Positions 38,950 through 51,560 of a stretch of 64,000 nt of DNA are shown in pieces. This DNA comes from Octopus vulgaris. Lineage: Eukaryota. Below the pieces are notes generated by a model. The model was not told where the DNA came from. It saw only the letters and a list, made by a program, of their open reading frames with translations, and made no database searches. Where the stretch lies: assembly GCA_951406725.2 (NCBI GenBank), contig OX597841.1, positions 10,664,001-10,728,000 of the forward strand. Direction: 5' to 3'. The position numbers and the translations under genes are program-made. The stretch's first letter is position 1, and each line of letters opens with the position of its first letter.

Positions 38950-40700
38950 TGAATGATTCATTTGAACAACATTCTTACCATATATGCTAGATTCATCGAA
39001 TTCGACAAAATCATAACTATTGGCATAAACCCACTAAGAAATTCAATATAAATAATCAGGCAATAAAACCTCTTCTAGAAAATGGGAAACCATATGGTTT
39101 ACCTCGTCCTTCTCTCTTCAAATTAGAAACTTCCCCAGCTTATTTTTTTAAAATCTTAGCAAAAACCTTTCCACAAAACCATAAGTATTATTCTATATTT
39201 AATAAATCTTGTATAAAGATATTGTACTCCACTACACCAAATCTAGGGTCAGTTATAGCAGCTAATAATAGATATAAGCTTAGAAACCATTCATTAGGTA
39301 AAGTTTCTCTATGGGAAATCTCTGATTTGGAGCCCAACAATAATATTTTACTTAATGATAATACAAGAAGAAATATAATTGGTGAATCACAACAACAAGG
39401 GGTTATAAATCCTACCCAGACAAGTCAAATGGATGTGATTAATGAAATAAACACAGCTTCTCAGTAATTTGGAATCTAACCAAATCAATGCAAATTATTT
39501 GGGACAATGATTTAAAACCCACATGAGGCAAAAAGCATGCAACTTCTGCAAGCCTGAATACTGCCCCTTATTTAACAAAAGAACCTAGTCTATAAATGCC
39601 AAGTACTAACATCTAACCCTAACCAATCTAAAACATATATCGGGAGCACAGCCGATTTTAAAACTAGATACTGAGTGCACATGAATTCATTTATTAACCC
39701 TAAAACTAAATTTTCCTCATCACTAGTAACATATGTTAACCTTCTAAAAATGCAAAATATTAACTATAAATTAATATGATCAGTAGTTACTGGAACCTCT
39801 CCTTATAATTCATATACACAAACTTGTAGGTTATGTACAAAAGAATCAATCAATATACTATGTCTAAATAAGAAGATAATGCTAAGCAAATTCTCCAATC
39901 TTATCACTTCATGTAGACATAAATACCTCTCCACATATAAATAACAAATAATTGTTAAATAACAAAAAATCCATAAAGAGTTTCTCATCAATAAAATAGT
40001 TATGGAATAATGATCATCTTATGCACATTTAAATTCTTTCATTAAGTAACAATAAATCTGTAATGAATAAAAAACAAAAAAAATGAAAAGAGAGAAAAAT
40101 CATTTCACTTCTAGAATAATTTCCGGGAAACTTATATATTTAATTTTACCTCCACCATATATTTTAAATTCATCTTAATTATTTTATTTCTATTCAACTC
40201 ATTTTTCATCCAATCGATTTTATATAAAATACAAACTGGTATAGTGTAATTGAACTTTGACATTTATGAACAAAAATACCAGATGTGATCCATACAAGAT
40301 ATAGATATCCCTGATGAAGGAAATATGGATACTGGAATGGATTTTAAATCGATATCTACTCTTATCACTCTGTTCCTGAAACAGCTTTGGGATGTATATG
40401 TTAATTTTCACATTTGGATTTTAATTTGGACTTCTTCCTTCGAATTTTCCATATATTCTTGGAGCTTTAATATTAGCGTCTCTGATGCAACAAACCAATC
40501 CAGTATGTACAAATTTACGTGATTTAAATATCGCTGAATGTGTATTGCCTCAATGTGTATATTTGCCTTTCATATCAAAATATCTATTTTACATATATCT
40601 TTTATGAAGCATTTAATGGATTGAAATTTTACTTTTCATATATGGACTGATAACCCAGAACTTTGTATCAAATCCAAAATCTTCCATAGTATATTAGGTC
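38950..40700 (+). mobile_element. Penelope-like element 3' fragment of a different clade (Naiad-like linker, GIY-YIG, terminal repeat)
   Basis: WFTSSF..TFPQNHKYYSIFN..YSTTPNLGSVI; CNFC..CP; NLVYKCQV..TYIGSTADFKTRY..H..SF; PYNSYTQTCRLCTKE; stops and frameshifts; boundaries approximate. Confidence 0.75.
40304..40397 (+). ncRNA. Type I hammerhead-like motif in the Penelope 3' repeat
   Basis: atatcc-CTGATGA-aggaa..long loop..ttcct-GAAA-cagctt-TG-ggatgt; perfect CUGAUGA/GAAA core; stem III and cleavage triplet are decayed. Confidence 0.6.
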
Positions 40701-41076
40701 AAGTAAAAAGTTTGTGCACTGTATTAAATATATACACTTTTTTAAATATATTTTTGTGGTGTGTGTTCATTCAGTTCATTATTTTAACATGGCGCACAGA
40801 CTTTTTCTTCAACCTAGTGTGTATGTATATACATACATACAGACAGTTAGACATGCAGACAGACAGATAAGAATAAAATGGGATTAAAAAGTCCTGGCAG
40901 GTATCAAGTAAGCACTCAGTATAAAAGAATAAGGTTAAATTTCCAACAATCAGATACCAGTAAATGTAAATAGAATATAAATCCCAGTTAAATCCTCATG
41001 CATGACAGGTAAATCCAACAATCCTTTTGTAATAAGAAGTAAAGGTGTGATCTAAAATAAAGATAGGACTTTCTTC

Positions 41077-41116
<40 letters not shown>

Positions 41117-41121
<5 letters not shown>

Positions 41122-41400
41122 TGAGAATGTGTGTCTGTCTGTCTGTCTGTGTGAATCCCTAAAACTTGAGAACTACACAATAAATTTCATTCAAATTTTA
41201 CACATGCCTTACTTGGGGTCCAGGGAGTGTCATGGGCAAAAAATTTCTAACTTCTTACCTAGGGCGAACCCACAGCATATCTTCTCCACTATATCAGTAT
41301 TACATGTTAAAAGTGAAACAAAAACATCTCTCTATTTTAATGTCAGATACTTTCACTTTAATACTGAAACTATTAAAGTCAAACTATTATATAAGGGGAT
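41117..41400 (+). mobile_element. Non-autonomous Helitron-like 5' segment with (CTGT)n (similar segment at 1-140)
   Basis: tataaaactgagaatgtgtgtctgtctgtctg..ttcattcaaatttt layout typical of microsatellite-bearing Helitron derivatives. Confidence 0.45.
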
Positions 41401-41586
41401 GAACCATTAACAGTGGACATCCATTTTGCTAGAAGAAGATCCGCTATGGTCTTATATGCAACACCACTGGTTTTCAATTCATATTAATCAGATTAATATT
41501 CAATTTCTCACCCTTATTATTTTAAATTTAAACTCAGGCCTATGTGTTTTGGAATGAAGTTTGTTACCACACAGCCACACCTGCAC

Positions 41587-41617
<31 letters not shown>

Positions 41618-41796
41618 TAGCTGTATATGTATACATTTATTTCTATACATATAGATGTTTATGTATACATGTATATGTGTAGATGTATATATATATAGAT
41701 GTACATGTAATATGTACACATATATATTCACATACATACATGCATACATATATACACTCATACACGCATACACACACACACACACACACACATGCA

Positions 41797-42125
41797 TAGG
41801 TGCAGGTGTGGCTGTGGGGTAACAACCTTCATTCCAAAACACATGGTCCTAAGTTCAGTCCCACTGTGTAGTGACTTGGCATGTGTTTTCTGCTATAGCC
41901 TCAGACCAACCAAAGCCTTGTCAGTGGATTTTGTAGACAGAAACTGAAAGAAATCAATCGTATATATATATATATATGTATGTATGTATATAAGTAAGTC
42001 TATGTGTGTGTCTTTGTGTTTCTCCCTCATCACTGCACACACAACTGGTGTTCATTTATTTACATCCCCATAACTTACTAGTTTCACAAGAAGAAACTGA
42101 TAGAATAAGTACCAGGCTTATCAAA
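41797..42125 (+). mobile_element. tRNA-derived SINE with internal microsatellite; 3' half duplicated at 42338-42515, head inverted at 41542-41590
   Basis: ataggtgcaggtgtggctgtg..agttcagtccc..gtagacagaaactgaaagaa. Confidence 0.75.
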
Positions 42126-42183
42126 ATAAAAAAAAACCGCTAGGCAGTATCTCATATTTTTGTTTGCCCACACAATTTATCTT

Positions 42184-42217
<34 letters not shown>

Positions 42218-42219
42218 CT

Positions 42220-42278
<59 letters not shown>

Positions 42279-42794
42279 TATATCTATATATACATATATC
42301 TATATATACATATATCTATATATATATATATATGTATATGGATTTCGTAGACAGAAACTTAAAGAAATCAATCGTATATATATGTATGTATATATTTAAG
42401 TGTATGTGTGTGACTTTGTTTCTGTGTTTCACCCTCATCACTGCTTCACAACTGCTGTTCGTTTATTTACATCCCCATAACTTACTGTTTTCACAAGAAG
42501 AAACTAATAGAATAACTTATAGAATAACTGCAATCAAATAACTTTACTCAACACTTTGCAACTGAATCAGTGGAGGCAAAGATGCTTCTCGTTTACTTGA
42601 CAATTTATATGCAGCACATTGCAGAAATCACAATCTAAGTGTATGTCAAAGCAAACTCTTACACTGTTGTACCACTGAATTACAAATAATGCTCATCTAT
42701 GCTTGGATAATCCCACAGCTTCCAAGAGTACAACTATTCGTCTTTGCTTAGATAAAATGACAAAATTGTGGGTGTTAAGTCCCCATGAAGGGGT

Positions 42795-43142
42795 CTTTCT
42801 AACTCTGGCGAGGATGTAGTCAATTTGGCTAGTGTGTCTGCCAGAACGGTAGGTGAGTGGCAGTTTTCCTGAAGTTAGTATTGCAAACCATAAGATCATT
42901 TGCATCGCAGAACTCCAGCATCCTGGTTCCTTCCTCATAGTTGGAACCAAAACTGTAGCCTCCATGTATGTCATGGAGGGTCCCCTGTATGTTGTCCAAC
43001 ATGTCCATTGAAGTCACCAGCCACAAATATAAGGTCCCTATCATTTGTCAACGAGGTAATCTGCAAGAGGGAGTCATAGAATCAGTCTTTCTGTCCATCG
43101 GGTAGCCTTGGCTGAGCGGCATAGGCCGAGATAATGGTTGCT
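42795..43142 (-). mobile_element. RTE LINE AP-endonuclease fragment
   Basis: GDFNGHVG, HGGYSFG..GTRMLEFCDANDLMVCNTNFRK, TYRSGRHTSQIDYIL. Confidence 0.85.
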
Positions 43143-43202
43143 AGCTCATATATATATATATATATATATATATACTTTATTGAAAAGCAGCAGAAATTTA
43201 AT

Positions 43203-43249
43203 AAAAGCTGTTACTCAGAGTTTCATGTTCCCATTCGTTTGACAGTTTT
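43203..43249 (-). ncRNA. Decayed minimal hammerhead-like motif
   Basis: Minus strand: aaaactgt-CAAACGA-atg-ggaa-cat-GAAA-ctctgag-TA-acagcttt; all three stems present, core mutated at two positions; next to aataaa + (TA)n end. Confidence 0.5.
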
Positions 43250-43699
43250 GTTAAAATAGAACAGAAATAACGATATGATCAAAAACTACTTAAAGGATGC
43301 CCCTTTAAAAATAGAGTTGTTTCATTGGTCCTTTCAGTTAACAGTCTTAAGCAAGCAATGAACAAAATAAATAAAGTAAATGAATTCAATATAAATTCAT
43401 CCAATTATAAAAACCGAAGAAAACCTCAAATCAAAGAGTGGATTCAAAAGACATATATAGATGATTATATACAAAATATAATTCAACTAGTTTAATGTGA
43501 CCCGCTCTACGCATGGGTGAGGGTGTGGTTGTTACTTTCTGTTGCTTCCTTTCTGTTTCTTTTCGCCCCATTCTCCCTCTTTATTTCTCTCTCCTTTCTC
43601 TCTCACTTTCCCACTCTCTTACTCTTCCTTTCTCTCGGACTCTCCCTCGCTTTCTCTTACTCTTTATCTTTCTCTATCTATCTCTCTCCCATTTATAAA

Positions 43700-44210
43700 A
43701 AAATTAAATTTCCGCACTTAAATTACAAATCCGTTTCCACTTTATCATGTTGAAAATTTGATTGAAATCAGGCAAAAGATGTCCAATCTAGACCCCCAAG
43801 TGTCCACAAAAATCAATAAAATCTCCATTTTCAAACCAAAGCAACTACTGTTGTGCCCCAAAACGTCTCCCGATCAATTTCTCACCTCAAATTATCCTCT
43901 CCTGTAAATTTTAATCCCCTTCCAGCCCCATTTAGACCCCATTTTACATAAAAATCAATTTGTATCAACGTTTGCCTTCTTCATTTTATAGATTAGACAG
44001 ATATACCCGGCCTTGCTCAGGATTAAAATAGTTTATTATTGTTTTACTTGTTTTGGTATTATAACCCAATTTCATTTGGGTCTACGTGGGCCACATTTTA
44101 AAAGATGAGGAATTTTGCCCTAGAGGCCATGCCTTTCAATTGAGCAAACTCACTAGCACTTTTAACATAGGTGTGCATATTTTCAGCTCAATCTGACCAC
44201 ATATGCACAC

Positions 44211-44259
<49 letters not shown>

Positions 44260-44845
44260 TTCGAGACAAAACCACTATTTTGCAAAACAAGCAAGGAAAG
44301 ACTTAATCAATACATAAAAATTTTTAATATAAAGAATTAAATTTCCGCACTTAAATTACAAATCCGTTTCCACTTTATCATGTTGAAAATTTGATTGAAA
44401 TCAGGCAAAAGATGTCCAATCTAGACCCCCAAGTGTCCACAAAAATCAATAAAATCTCCATTTTCAAACCAAAGCAACTACTGTTGTGCCCCAAAACGTC
44501 TCCCGATCAATTTCTCACCTCAAATTATCCTCTCCTGTAAATTTTAATCCCCTTCCAGCCCCATTTAGACCCCATTTTACATAAAAATCAATTTGTATCA
44601 ACGTTTGCCTTCTTCATTTTATAGATTAGACAGATATACCCGGCCTTGCTCAGGATTAAAATAGTTTATTATTGTTTTACTTGTTTTGGTATTATAACCC
44701 AATTTCATTTGGGTCTACGTGGGCCACATTTTAAAAGATGAGGAATTTTGCCCTAGAGGCCATGCCTTTCAATTGAGCAAACTCACTAGCACTTTTAACA
44801 TAGGTGTGCATATTTTCAGCTCAATCTGACCACATATGCACACAT

Positions 44846-44880
<35 letters not shown>

Positions 44881-45200
44881 TTCGAGACAAAACCACTATT
44901 TTGCAAAACAAGCAAGGAAAGACTTAATCAATACATAAAAATTTTTAATATAAAGAATTAAATTTCCGCACTTAAATTACAAATCCGTTTCCACTTTATC
45001 ATGTTGAAAATTTGATTGAAATCAGGCAAAAGATGTCCAATCTAGACCCCCAAGTGTCCACAAAAATCAATAAAATCTCCGTTTTCAAACCAAAGCAACT
45101 ACTGTTGTGCCCCAAAACGTCTCCCGATCAATTTCTCACCTCAAATTATCCTCTCCTGTAAATTTTAATCCACTTCCAGCCCCATTTAGACCCCATTTTT
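43700..45200. repeat. Tandem array, about 620-633 bp unit x 2.4, near identical
   Basis: tccgcacttaaattac at 43711, 44344 and 44965; the unit contains (TA)n of variable length. Confidence 0.95.
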
Positions 45201-45236
45201 TCCCTGTAAATTTGGATTTATTCCCTAATATTTATT

Positions 45237-45268
<32 letters not shown>

Positions 45269-45649
45269 TATATACATACGCATTAAATATGTACATATAT
45301 ACGCATTATATATACATGTCTACACACACACATATATATATAAATATATACACTTTATACATATACACGTATATATATATATATCATCATCATCATTATT
45401 GTTTAATGTCCGCTTTCCATGCTAGCATGGGTTGGACGATTTGACTGAGGTCTGGCGAACCAGATAGCTGCACAGGGTCCAATCTGATCTGGCAGAGTTT
45501 CTACTGCTGGATGCCGTTCCTAACGCCAACCACTCCGAGAGTGTAGTGGGTGCTTTTATTATTGTCTTACGTGTTTCAGTATTATAACCCGATTTCATTC
45601 GGGTCTACGTGGGCCACATTTTAAAAGATGAGGAATTTTGCCAAATACT

Positions 45650-47450
45650 TTTCTTGTATCTGTCTCACTTCAAAGATGGCATCTGTGGAATTCTTTCCAG
45701 GTACAAAACCAAACTGCATCTCATCTAGTTTCATTCTATTTCTAATCAATTGAGCCATAACTCTCTCTAACATTCATGACTTGGTCTAGCAATTTAATAC
45801 TTCTGTAATTGTTTCTATCTAAGGCATCACTTTTACCCTTGTAACTATTATACTACTACACTTGTCATTGAGGATGGTGCTTTCCTGAATAACCTGATTA
45901 ACTATGCAGGTGACTAAGCTGTATCCTACACCACCAGAAATTTTAATCATCTCGGTAATGACTCTTGATGGCTTAGGGGCTTTCCCTATCTTCATGTCCT
46001 TAATTGCCTTATCTATTTTACTTCTATCAACTCTGATGGCTAGTTCCTCAATTGGTTCGATATTTGGTAAACTCTCCTCCCATTCATATTCCACATCTAA
46101 TAACATTTCATTGTGACACTGCTATACATCCTACTTCTATGATTTGCTAAGTGCAAGCATACCATTATCCATTCGCACACATTTCTCACCCACCACATCT
46201 CTATTCTCTCTGATACACTGCTTTGCAATCCTGAACATCTCATACTGTAGAACATTTGCAAATCTCTTACCTTCAGCTACTCCTTTTGCTATGCATACCT
46301 GACGCCTAGCTGCCCTTTTGGCTACCTGATATAATTCTCTGCTTCCTCTGGTTTTCCAGTTTTTCCAGGCCTGTCTTTTTGATTTTATAGCACTGTCAAC
46401 TTCCTTGCTCCACTACCATGTCACCCTTGATCTAGCTGGGACTCTGCACCAACCACAGATTTCATCTGTAGCCCTCAGTAGATTGTCCCTCAGGAACTTT
46501 CAGTTGTCCTCTAAGCTATGTGTCCCCAACTCTTCCTCTCTTTCTTCAGAAGCTTCCATTAGTAAATCTCTAAATTTTTGTCTGTTTGCTGGGTCTTTGA
46601 GCTCCTAATACTGTAGGAAAAGCATATATATGTATATATATATATATGCTCACAAGGGCTGCAATCACCCAAAACAATGGAGAATTCCTGAGCCTCTGAG
46701 AGCACATATGTATACATTTATGTGCTTCTCTTATAGCATTAGGAACATTTTAGCTCTTATTTCTAATAATCCATTTTCCATGCTGGCATGAGTTTGGCAA
46801 TTTAACTGCAAATGGTAAGCTGGAGAGCTACATGAGGCTCCAGTATATTTTGGTTTGGTTTTTATGGCTGGATACCCTTCCTAGCACCAACTGCTCCAGT
46901 GAGTGTACTCGATGCCTTTTATGTGTCACTAGCACAGGTCCATCTTACATGTCACTGGTACAAGTGCCATTCACACATCACCAGCACTAGGCCAGAATCA
47001 GAGTTCCACTTAGCCTGATGCCTCTTCCCATGCACAGCAATTTGCCAGAAGTCCTGGTCACTTGTCACTGCCTCCATGAGACTCAACATCCAAAGATCAC
47101 ATTTCACCACCTCAACCCACATCTTCCTGGGTCGACCTCTTCCACAGTTTCCTTCCACAATAAGAATCTTTATGCAGCTGTCCCCATCCATATGCATCAT
47201 TTGACTATACAGCAGTCCTCTCTCTAGCACACTGTATCTGATGCCTCTTATGCCCAATTTTTCTCTTAAGACGCACTTTGTTGTATGTGCACATTGACAT
47301 GCACAACCAGTGGAGCATACCAGCTTCATTTCTTTCAAGTCTTCACATGTCCTCTGCAGTCACAGCCCATGTTTCACTGCCATGTAACATGGCTGTTCAC
47401 ACATAGGCATCATACAATCTGCTATTTACACTGAAGGAAAGGTCCTTTGT
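45650..47450 (-). mobile_element. Old RTE LINE fragments (45650-46610 RT N-part; 46770-47450 3' part)
   Basis: EWEESLPNIEP..KAIKDMKIGKAP; GRGRPRKMWVEVVK. Confidence 0.8.
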
Positions 47451-48895
47451 TACTATATATATCCTCTCTTCCAGAAGTAACAGGAATACATTCTTTTCAA
47501 AACTTTGGTCTAAATTCATCACCTCATCCTAACTTACATTGCCTTCCTTCCTTCTTGTTCCAGAATTACACACCTAAGCCTTATGTTTCCTTCTCTCTCC
47601 TACTTCTTTCTCCTCTTACTTCCACATGCCATTTCTGCTTGACTACTACACAATCTTCAGTTTGTCAACAGCCACACCCTCAGATGCTGCTTTTCCTGCT
47701 CCTTCTTTTCCCTTGCATCAAATCTTCTCTTTATCAATTCCATTCTGTTATTTCTCTTCTCACCTCTGTTTACCATTTTATTTCTTTTGTGCATTAGCAT
47801 CTGGCTTTTCATCATCTTAATGTATATTGTTTCATCTTCTTGAATTGGATGATTTTCCTGGAAACTTTTTACCTTCAATTTCTCTGGACTTTTTACCAAT
47901 ATCTTTGTTTTTATCAACACTGAATTTAAATATTTCTACCACATTTTAAAATTTTAGTTTAAACTGTCTCTCATTGTTTCACATCTGCTTTCCTTTGAAT
48001 GCATTCTCCAACCTCTATATGCTTTTGGTGAAAACTTGCTCACACATCAATAATATCTTCCACCTTGTACTTATTGTCCAATCTGTTTCATCAATTTTTC
48101 CATATGCTCATACACACTCCCATCTCCTCACATACATGCTTTTACACAACCTACCTAAAAATTACACGCATACACTACTATACTTGCACATATCTATACA
48201 CATAGACATCACATTAACACACACACATACACACTCGGGTAGGACAGAGAGAATATAGATATATGTACCAAGCCCCAATGCCTGCTTTGACATGTTTTCT
48301 ATGGTTGGATGCCCTTCAAAGTGCCAACCACTTTACAGAGTGTACTGAGTGCCTTTTACCTGGTACTAACAGCAGTGAAGTCACCAAGTAACTAGAAAGA
48401 CAAGACACTCTCAACTGAGTAGGGAATAGAATTGAGAGCGGTGGTTTTGTACCAGGTAATGAGAGGTTAGAGTATGGATGGAGGTACAGAAATTGGTGTC
48501 TTGCAGTAGAGGAGATACATTGGGTAACTCAGTTGGAGTGAGAGAGGAAGAGAGATGTGGAAGATGTGATGGAAGGTGACACTCAAGATACATAGAGTGA
48601 CAGGAACCAAAGATTGGATCAGGCAAGTGGCTGAGTAAGTTCATGAGATGGTAGCAGGAGAGTGGGAGATGAAAGGAAGGACTATTTTACGAGGGTGTGA
48701 AGGAAGAGTGGAAGAGGTGTTTGTAAAACTTACAATCTTAACAACATGGAAAATCTGAGATAAATTTGTTTCAAAATTTACTGCTGTAACTAATGGTAGT
48801 CTTATTTGATATAGAAAATTACTTGTACTACTCTCACAAGAAATGTTTAATATTGAATAACATTCCTATATGCATCACTTTTTACTTTTTTTTAG

Positions 48896-48914
48896 GTGTT
48901 AAACGCAATAAAGA
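48896..48914 (+). CDS. Probable 19-nt cytoplasmic microexon of the Ig membrane protein
   Basis: Strong tttttacttttttttag acceptor and gtaagt donor; joined to the TM exon it reads ..KRRGVKRNK(E/D), phase 1-2. Confidence 0.65.
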
Positions 48915-49544
48915 GTAAGTATATAACATTCTTATTTGTTGTTTATTTGAAAGTAGATAGAAAATTTCTATCAGTTGAACCCAAGTTGTAGGAAGGTAAT
49001 ACAAAATCATATATAGTTCACATGTTAGTTGGCTCTTCTATCTGCCTTTTCCAATTAGTATAATAGAATCTTTGTTAAGGTGACAGTAAATCAAAACCTT
49101 ATACGTGTAAAGTTTTGCAAGTGAATCCTTATGCAAATGAAATACTATTGAAATTGTGAGGAAATGAAGTTTAAAAGTATAAATTGTTTGATTATTTACT
49201 AAATGCAACTGTAGATACTATAGATTTATATATTATAGATTAAATGATTATATTATAACTAACATTCCAAAAGACTGGGAGAATATCTAATTAATCTAGC
49301 TAATGGCCTTCCTTTTTGTAAGGAAAATATTTTGTTGAGTATATATATATATATATATAATAATAAATATTAGGGAATAAATCCAAATTTACAGGGAAAA
49401 ATCAGATTTAGGATTGAATCCAATTTTATAGTAAAATATTATATAATATTAATTAGAGACAAAACCACTATTAAGCAAATCAAACAAAGAAAGACTTAAT
49501 CCAATACATAAAAAATTTATATAAATTAAATAAAATTAAATTCG

Positions 49545-49590
49545 CCACTACAATTGTTTCGTGTCTCTTCTAAGGACATTCATCAGGTGG
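49545..49590 (-). ncRNA. Minimal type I hammerhead ribozyme motif (antisense arm)
   Basis: Exact reverse complement of 51411-51456. Confidence 0.75.
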
Positions 49591-50474
49591 TATTCAGATC
49601 TAAAAATAATCAATATTTTTAAGATATAAATTTAAAATGACTAAAAAATATAAATAAAATAAATTTATCAATGAAAAATATATATATAATCTATATATAA
49701 TCTATATATAATCTATGTATAATCAAGAACTAAAATAACCTCTATAAACTATTGAATATAATGAAACCTAGTATTTAAGTTCTCATATTTAAAGATGAAG
49801 AATCTAATTTCAAAACAAAAAGCAAAAATAAAATATATATACACACATGCTCATACACATATATCTAAGTATATATATAAAAACATATCTAAATACATAC
49901 ACTAACTCACACACACATATATATATATCTATACATACACATAAACATCTAGGCAACGATAAATTAATAAAGTAGCCGTATACTACTACACATTACTTAT
50001 TCATACTCCCACTCACACACATACAACCCTCATTCATAAAAACACTCACTCAGCATGACAACAACACATAGGAAACACCACATCCAGCAGCTGCAGATAC
50101 TCAACCACAACCCACAGAAACATTTTATTCTTAGCAAGAAACTACCAAATTCCATATACCACATATATACAACAACCATACATAAATACTTAAAACAAAC
50201 ACACACACATATTCCAAATACCACATACATACAGCAAACATACACAAATACGCAAACAAACACACACACACTCACACATTCACACATACATAAACACCCA
50301 AAAGAAAACAACATTTCTACACATAAACAATGCACACCCACACACACACAATCACTTACACACAACCGCACTCCCACCGCAACACTCCAACACAGAGGAG
50401 TAACAAATTCAGCAGATACATATATAGAGATATATATATGTGTGTGTGAGTTAGTGTATGTATTTAGATATGTT

Positions 50475-51160
50475 CGAAATCGAAATCGAAACCGAATTGA
50501 ACCAGCCAGGATCCCTGGCCTGGTGGTACGTAAAAAGCACTATCCGACTCGGGGCCGTGGCACGTAAAATACTCCAATGCGACCGTACGACAGGCACCCA
50601 TGCCAACCCCCTTTGCTTGTGAAGACATGTTGGGGCAAGCGAAATCGAAATCGAATTGAACCAGCCAGGATCCCTGGTCTGGTGGTACGTAAAAAGCACT
50701 ATCCGACTCGTGGCCGTGGCACGCAAAATACTCCAATGCGACCGTACGACAGGCACCCATGCCAACCCCTTTGCTTGTGAAGACATGTTGGGGCAAGCGA
50801 AATCGAAATCGAATTGAACCAGCCAGGATCCCTGGTCTGGTGGTACGTAAAAAGCACTATCCGACTCGTGGCCGATGCCAGCACCGCCTCGACTGGCTTC
50901 CGTGCCGGTGGCACATAAAATACACCAATCTGACCGTGGCCGTTGCCAGCCCCGCCTGGCTCCTGTGCAGGTGGCACGTAAAAAGCACCCACTACACTCA
51001 CGGAGTGGTTGGCGTTAGGAAGGGCATCCAGCTGTAGAAACATTGCCAAATTAGACTGGAGCCTGGTGCAGCCTTCTGGCTTCCCAGAACCCCGGTCGAA
51101 TCGTCCAACCCATGCTAGCATGGAGAACGGACGTTAAACGACGATGATGATGATGATGAT
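50475..51160 (+). mobile_element. Young RTE LINE 3' UTR fragment with a 158-bp tandem repeat (x 2.5) and (GAT)n tail
   Basis: cgaaatcgaaa unit starts near 50481, 50640 and 50798; CpG-rich; tail at 51140-51160. Confidence 0.85.
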
Positions 51161-51410
51161 ATATGTGTATGAGCATGTGTGTATATATATTTTATTTTTG
51201 CTTTTTGTTTTGAAATTAGATTCTTCATCTTTAAATATGAGAACTTAAATACTAGGTTTCATTATATTCAATAGTTTATAGAGGTTATTTTAGTTCTTGA
51301 TTATATATAGATTATATATATATTTTTCATTGATAAATTTATTTTATTTATATTTTTTAGTCATTTTAAATTTATATCTTAAAAATATTGATTATTTTTA
51401 GATCTGAATA

Positions 51411-51456
51411 CCACCTGATGAATGTCCTTAGAAGAGACACGAAACAATTGTAGTGG
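51411..51456 (+). ncRNA. Minimal type I hammerhead ribozyme motif (sense to host gene)
   Basis: ccac-CTGATGA-a-tgtc-cttagaaga-gaca-c-GAAA-caattg-TA-gtgg: intact core, GUA triplet, palindromic CAATTG stem III. Confidence 0.78.
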
Positions 51457-51560
51457 CGAATTTAATTTTATTTAATTTATATAAATTTTTTATGTATTGG
51501 ATTAAGTCTTTCTTTGTTTGATTTGCTTAATAGTGGTTTTGTCTCTAATTAATATTATAT

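Larger units (their letters stand above)
49441..51560. repeat. About 400-bp near-perfect inverted repeat (arms about 49441-49864 and 51158-51560), Penelope-type terminal repeat
   Basis: Arms are reverse complements apart from one small microsatellite indel; each arm carries a hammerhead motif. Confidence 0.93.

Noticed and set aside
39660-39790. In-frame TGA codons in the Naiad-like endonuclease as selenocysteine
   Set aside because: They do not fall at Cys positions (one is at an expected Trp) and the copy also has frameshifts, so ordinary decay explains them
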